A stretch of 64,000 nucleotides of DNA, taken from positions 186,001 to 250,000 of the forward strand of contig CAXKVF010000082.1 of NCBI GenBank assembly GCA_964057225.1, read 5' to 3'. Shown here one piece after another: positions 58,081 through 64,000 of the stretch; the stretch's first letter is position 1, and the number at the start of each line of letters is the position of its first letter. The position numbers and the translations under genes are program-made. A model generated the notes under the pieces. It was not told the origin of the DNA and searched no databases. It saw only the letters and a program-made list of their open reading frames with translations. This DNA comes from Auanema rhodensis. Taxonomy: Eukaryota; Animalia; Nematoda.

Positions 58081-61000
58081 AAGTCATGGTTACCATGAAC
58101 CAATATCAATAAAAATTTGTTTTTAGACTAATATGGACATGGGGAATCTAATTTTGAAAACCGCATCTCTTTATCTTTCACGTGAAGCGAGTTACATACC
58201 AAGTGCACATCACGTGTACATTTAATTAGCATAAATTAAAGTTCACGTAAATTTCAAAGTCATGGTTACCATGAACCAATATCAATAAAAATTTGTTTTT
58301 AGACTAATATGGACATGGGGAATCTAATTTTGAAAACCGCATCTCTTTATCTTTCACGTGAAGCGAGTTACATACCAAGTGCACATCACGTGTACATTTA
58401 ATTAGCATAAATTAAAGTTCACGTAAATTTCAAAGTCATGGTTACCATGAACCTATATCAATAAAAATTTGTTTTTAGACTAATATGGACATGAGAATCT
58501 AATTTTGAAAACCGCATCTCTTTATCTTTCACGTGAAGCGAGTTACATACCAAGTGCACATCACGTGTACATTTAATTAGCATAAATTAAAGTTCACGTA
58601 AATTTCAAAGTCATGGTTACCATGAACCTATATCAATAAAAATTTGTTTTTAGACTAATATGGACATGGGGAATCTAATTTTGAAAACCGCATCTCTTTA
58701 TCTTTCACGTGAAGCGAGTTACATACCAAGTGCACATCACGTGTACATTTAATTAGCATAAATTAAAGTTCACGTAAATTTCAAAGTCATGGTTACCATG
58801 AACCAATATCAATAAAAATTTGTTTTTAGACTAATATGGACATGGGGAATCTAATTTTGAAAACCGCATCTCTTTATCTTTCACGTGAAGCGAGTTACAT
58901 ACCAAGTGCACATCACGTGTACATTTAATTAGCATAAATTAAAGTTCACGTAAATTTCAAAGTCATGGTTACCATGAACCAATATCAATAAAAATTTGTT
59001 TTAGACTAATATGGACATGGGGAATCTAATTTTGAAAAACGCATCTCTTTATCTTTCACGTGAAGCGAGTTACATACCAAGTGCACATCACGTGTACATT
59101 TAATTAGCATAAATTAAAGTTCACGTAAATTTCAAAGTCATGGTTACCATGAACCAATATCAATAAAAATTTGTTTTTAGACTAATATGGACATGGGGAA
59201 TCTAATTTTGAAAACCGCATCTCTTTATCTTTCACGTGAAGCGAGTTACTAACCAAGTGCACATCACGTGTACATTTAATTAGCATAAATTAAAGTTCAC
59301 GTAAATTTCAAAGTCATGGTTACCATGAACCAATATCAATAAAAATTTGTTTTTAGACTAATATGGACATGGGGAATCTAATTTTGAAAACCGCATCTCT
59401 TTATCTTTCACGTGAAGCGAGTTACATACCAAGTGCACATCACGTGTACATTTAATTAGCATAAATTAAAGTTCACGTAAATTTCAAAGTCATGGTTACC
59501 ATGAACCAATATCAATAAAAATTTGTTTTTAGACTAATATGGACATGGGGAATCTAATTTTGAAAACCGCACATCTCTTTATCTTTCACGTGAAGCGAGT
59601 TACATACCAAGTGCACATCACGTGTACATTTAATTAGCATAAATTAAAGTTCACGTAAATTTCAAAGTCATGGTTACCATGAAGCAATATCAATAAAAAT
59701 TTGTTTTTAGACTAATATGGACATGGGGAATCTAATTTTGAAAACCGCATCTCTTTATCTTTCACGTGAAGCGAGTTACATACCAAGTGCACATCACGTG
59801 TACATTTAATTAGCATAAATTAAAGTTCACGTAAATTTCAAAGTCATGGTTACCATGAACCAATATCAATAAAAATTTGTTTTTAGACTAATATGGACAT
59901 GGGGAATCTAATTTTGAAAACCGCATCTCTTTATCTTTCACGTGAAGCGAGTTACATACCAAGTGCACATCACGTGTACATTTAATTAGCATAAATTAAA
60001 GTTCACGTAAATTTCAAAGTCATGGTTACCATGAACCAATATCAATAAAAATTTGTTTTTAGACTAATATGGACATGGGGAATCTAATTTTGAAAACCGC
60101 ATCTCTTTATCTTTCACGTGAAGCGAGTTACATACCAAGTGCACATCACGTGTACATTTAATTAGCATAAATTAAAGTTCACGTAAATTTCAAAGTCATG
60201 GTTACCATGAAGCAATATCAATAAAAATTTGTTTTTAGACTAATATGGACATGGGGAATCTAATTTTGAAAACCGCATCTCTTTATCTTTCACGTGAAGC
60301 GAGTTACATACCAAGTGCACATCACGTGTACATTTAATTAGCATAAATTAAAGTTCACGTAAATTTCAAAGTCATGGTTACCATGAACCAATATCAATAA
60401 AAATTTGTTTTTAGACTAATATGGACATGGGGAATCTAATTTTGAAAACCGCATCTCTTTATCTTTCACGTGAAGCGAGTTACATACCAAGTGCACATCA
60501 CGTGTACATTTAATTAGCATAAATTAAAGTTCACGTAAATTTCAAAGTCATGGTTACCATGAACCAATATCAATAAAAATTTGTTTTTAGACTAATATGG
60601 ACATGGGGAATCTAATTTTGAAAACCGCATCTCTTTATCTTTCACGTGAAGCGAGTTACATACCAAGTGCACATCACGTGTACATTTAATTAGCATAAAT
60701 TAAAGTTCACGTAAATTTCAAAGTCATGGTTACCATGAACCAATATCAATAAAAATTTGTTTTTAGACTAATATGGACATGGGGAATCTAATTTTGAAAA
60801 CCGCATCTCTTTATCTTTCACGTGAAGCGAGTTACATACCAAGTGCACATCACGTGTACATTTAATTAGCATAAATTAAAGTTCACGTAAATTTCAAAGT
60901 CATGGTTACCATGAACCAATATCAATAAAAATTTGTTTTTAGACTAATATGGACATGGGGAATCTAATTTTGAAAACCGCATCTCTTTATCTTTCACGTG

Positions 61001-63360
61001 AAGCGAGTTACATACCAAGTGCACATCACGTGTACATTTAATTAGCATAAATTAAAGTTCACGTAAATTTCAAAGTCATGGTTACCATGAACCTATATCA
61101 ATAAAAATTTGTTTTTAGACTAATATGGACATGAAGAATCTAATTTTGAAAACCGCATCTCTTTATCTTTCACGTGAAGCGAGTTACATACCAAGTGCAC
61201 ATCACGTGTACATTTAATTAGCATAAATTAAAGTTCACGTAAATTTCAAAGTCATGGTTACCATGAACCTATATCAATAAAAATTTGTTTTTAGACTAAT
61301 ATGGACATGGGGAATCTAATTTTGAAAACCGCATCTCTTTATCTTTCACGTGAAGCGAGTTACATACCAAGTGCACATCACGTGTACATTTAATTAGCAT
61401 AAATTAAAGTTCACGTAAATTTCAAAGTCATGGTTACCATGAACCAATATCAATAAAAATTTGTTTTTAGACTAATATGGACATGGGGAATCTAATTTTG
61501 AAAACCGCATCTCTTTATCTTTCACGTGAAGCGAGTTACATACCAAGTGCACATCACGTGTACATTTAATTAGCATAAATTAAAGTTCACGTAAATTTCA
61601 AAGTCATGGTTACCATGCACCAATATCAATAAAAATTTGTTCTTAGACTAATATGGACATGGGGAATCTAATTTTGAAAAACGCATCTCTTTATCTTTCA
61701 CGTGAAGCGAGTTACATACCAAGTGCACATCACGTGTACATTTAATTAGCATAAATTAAAGTTCACGTAAATTTCAAAGTCATGGTTACCATGAACCAAT
61801 ATCAATAAAAATTTGTTTTTAGACTAATATGGACATGGGGAATCTAATTTTGAAAACCGCATCTCTTTATCTTTCACGTGAAGCGAGTTACTAACCAAGT
61901 GCACATCACGTGTACATTTAATTAGCATAAATTAAAGTTCACGTAAATTTCAAAGTCATGGTTACCATGAACCAATATCAATAAAAATTTGTTTTTAGAC
62001 TAATATGGACATGGGGAATCTAATTTTGAAAACCGCATCTCTTTATCTTTCACGTGAAGCGAGTTACATACCAAGTGCACATCACGTGTACATTTAATTA
62101 GCATAAATTAAAGTTCACGTAAATTTCAAAGTCATGGTTACCATGAACCAATATCAATAAAAATTTGTTTTTAGACTAATATGGACATGGGGAATCTAAT
62201 TTTGAAAACCGCATCTCTTTATCTTTCACGTGAAGCGAGTTACATACCAAGTGCACATCACGTGTACATTTAATTAGCATAAATTAAAGTTCACGTAAAT
62301 TTCAAAGTCATGGTTACCATGAAGCAATATCAATAAAAATTTGTTTTTAGACTAATATGGACATGGGGAATCTAATTTTGAAAACCGCATCTCTTTATCT
62401 TTCACGTGAAGCGAGTTACATACCAAGTGCACATCACGTGTACATTTAATTAGCATAAATTAAAGTTCACGTAAATTTCAAAGTCATGGTTACCATGAAC
62501 CAATATCAATAAAAATTTGTTTTTAGACTAATATGGACATGGGGAATCTAATTTTGAAAACCGCATCTCTTTATCTTTCACGTGAAGCGAGTTACATACC
62601 AAGTGCACATCACGTGTACATTTAATTAGCATAAATTAAAGTTCACGTAAATTTCAAAGTCATGGTTACCATGAACCAATATCAATAAAAATTTGTTTTT
62701 AGACTAATATGGACATGGGGAATCTAATTTTGAAAACCGCATCTCTTTATCTTTCACGTGAAGCGAGTTACATACCAAGTGCACATCACGTGTACATTTA
62801 ATTAGCATAAATTAAAGTTCACGTAAATTTCAAAGTCATGGTTACCATGAAGCAATATCAATAAAAATTTGTTTTTAGACTAATATGGACATGGGGAATC
62901 TAATTTTGAAAACCGCATCTCTTTATCTTTCACGTGAAGCGAGTTACATACCAAGTGCACATCACGTGTACATTTAATTAGCATAAATTAAAGTTCACGT
63001 AAATTTCAAAGTCATGGTTACCATGAACCAATATCAATAAAAATTTGTTTTTAGACTAATATGGACATGGGGAATCTAATTTTGAAAACCGCATCTCTTT
63101 ATCTTTCACGTGAAGCGAGTTACATACCAAGTGCACATCACGTGTACATTTAATTAGCATAAATTAAAGTTCACGTAAATTTCAAAGTCATGGTTACCAT
63201 GAACCAATATCAATAAAAATTTGTTTCTAGACTAATATGGACATGGGGAATCTAATTTTGAAAACCGCATCTCTTTATCTTTCACGTGAAGCGAGTTACA
63301 TACCAAGTGCACATCACGTGTACATTTAATTAGCATAAATTAAAGTTCACGTAAATTTCA
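58081..63360. repeat. 15-monomer (2640 bp) duplication: M331-345 ~ M346-360
   Basis: Shared order: the A22T pair, C81A (M336/M351), AT116-117TA (59250/61892) and C20G at M340/343 and M355/358. Confidence 0.82.
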
Positions 63361-64000
63361 AAGTCATGGTTACCATGAAGCAATATCAATAAAAATTTGT
63401 TTTTAGACTAATATGGACATGGGGAATCTAATTTTGAAAACCGCATCTCTTTATCTTTCACGTGAAGCGAGTTACATACCAAGTGCACATCACGTGTACA
63501 TTTAATTAGCATAAATTAAAGTTCACGTAAATTTCAAAGTCATGGTTACCATGAACCAATATCAATAAAAATTTGTTTTTAGACTAATATGGACATGGGG
63601 AATCTAATTTTGAAAACCGCATCTCTTTATCTTTCACGTGAAGCGAGTTACATACCAAGTGCACATCACGTGTACATTTAATTAGCATAAATTAAAGTTC
63701 ACGTAAATTTCAAAGTCATGGTTACCATGAACCAATATCAATAAAAATTTGTTTTTAGACTAATATGGACATGGAGAATCTAATTTTGAAAACCGCATCT
63801 CTTTATCTTTCACGTGAAGCGAGTTACATACCAAGTGCACATCACGTGTACATTTAATTAGCATAAATTAAAGTTCACGTAAATTTCAAAGTCATGGTTA
63901 CCATGAAGCAATATCAATAAAAATTTGTTTTTAGAATAATATGGACATGGGGAATCTAATTTTGAAAACCGCATCTCTTTATCTTTCACGTGAAGCGAGT

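Larger units (their letters stand above)
1..64000. repeat. Tandem satellite DNA array, 176-bp monomer, ~363.6 copies, probably (peri)centromeric heterochromatic satellite
   Basis: AAGTCATGGT recurs at 1, 177, 353 and so on. Register is exact at 2641 (15x176+1), 60721 (345x176+1) and 63361 (360x176+1). The consensus has 56/176 G+C. There is no unique sequence or orientation switch. The centromeric role is inferred only from monomer size and homogeneity. Confidence 0.98.

Noticed and set aside
1-64000. CRISPR array or other repeat-spacer system
   Set aside because: There are palindromes but no unique spacers, since the entire 176 bp repeats. No cas genes or leader are present.
1-64000. Tandem RNA gene cluster (5S rRNA, tRNA, snRNA, spliced leader)
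   Set aside because: I found no recognisable cloverleaf, 5S sequence or Pol III A/B/C boxes, and no gene-versus-spacer conservation contrast. An Rfam scan would be the formal test.
1-64000. Rolling-circle or concatemer sequencing artefact
   Set aside because: The variants form nested, ordered, shared haplotype blocks, which random errors on a single template would not produce.

Overview
The whole 64 kb window is one uninterrupted head-to-tail array of a 176-bp AT-rich (~32% GC) satellite monomer: 363 full copies plus a 112-bp partial copy, all in the same orientation. Consensus, phased at position 1: AAGTCATGGTTACCATGAACCAATATCAATAAAAATTTGTTTTTAGACTAATATGGACATGGGGAATCTAATTTTGAAAACCGCATCTCTTTATCTTTCACGTGAAGCGAGTTACATACCAAGTGCACATCACGTGTACATTTAATTAGCATAAATTAAAGTTCACGTAAATTTCA. 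Copies differ from consensus by only 0-3 bases, and I found only three small indels (58.5-59.6 kb). I see no genes, RNA genes, transposons, inversions or CRISPR spacers. The four 60-aa ORFs arise from one SNP that removes a stop codon. A nucleosome-sized monomer with very high homogeneity is typical of eukaryotic (peri)centromeric satellite, but I cannot name the family or host. Two things are of interest. First, the monomer is rich in dyads and carries three regularly spaced TCACGT/E-box cores. Second, the SNP barcodes reveal nested local higher-order repeats and duplications of 2-28 monomers. I found no evidence of a novel protein-coding system. Mn means the nth monomer, pN means position N within the monomer, and variant calls and counts were made by eye.
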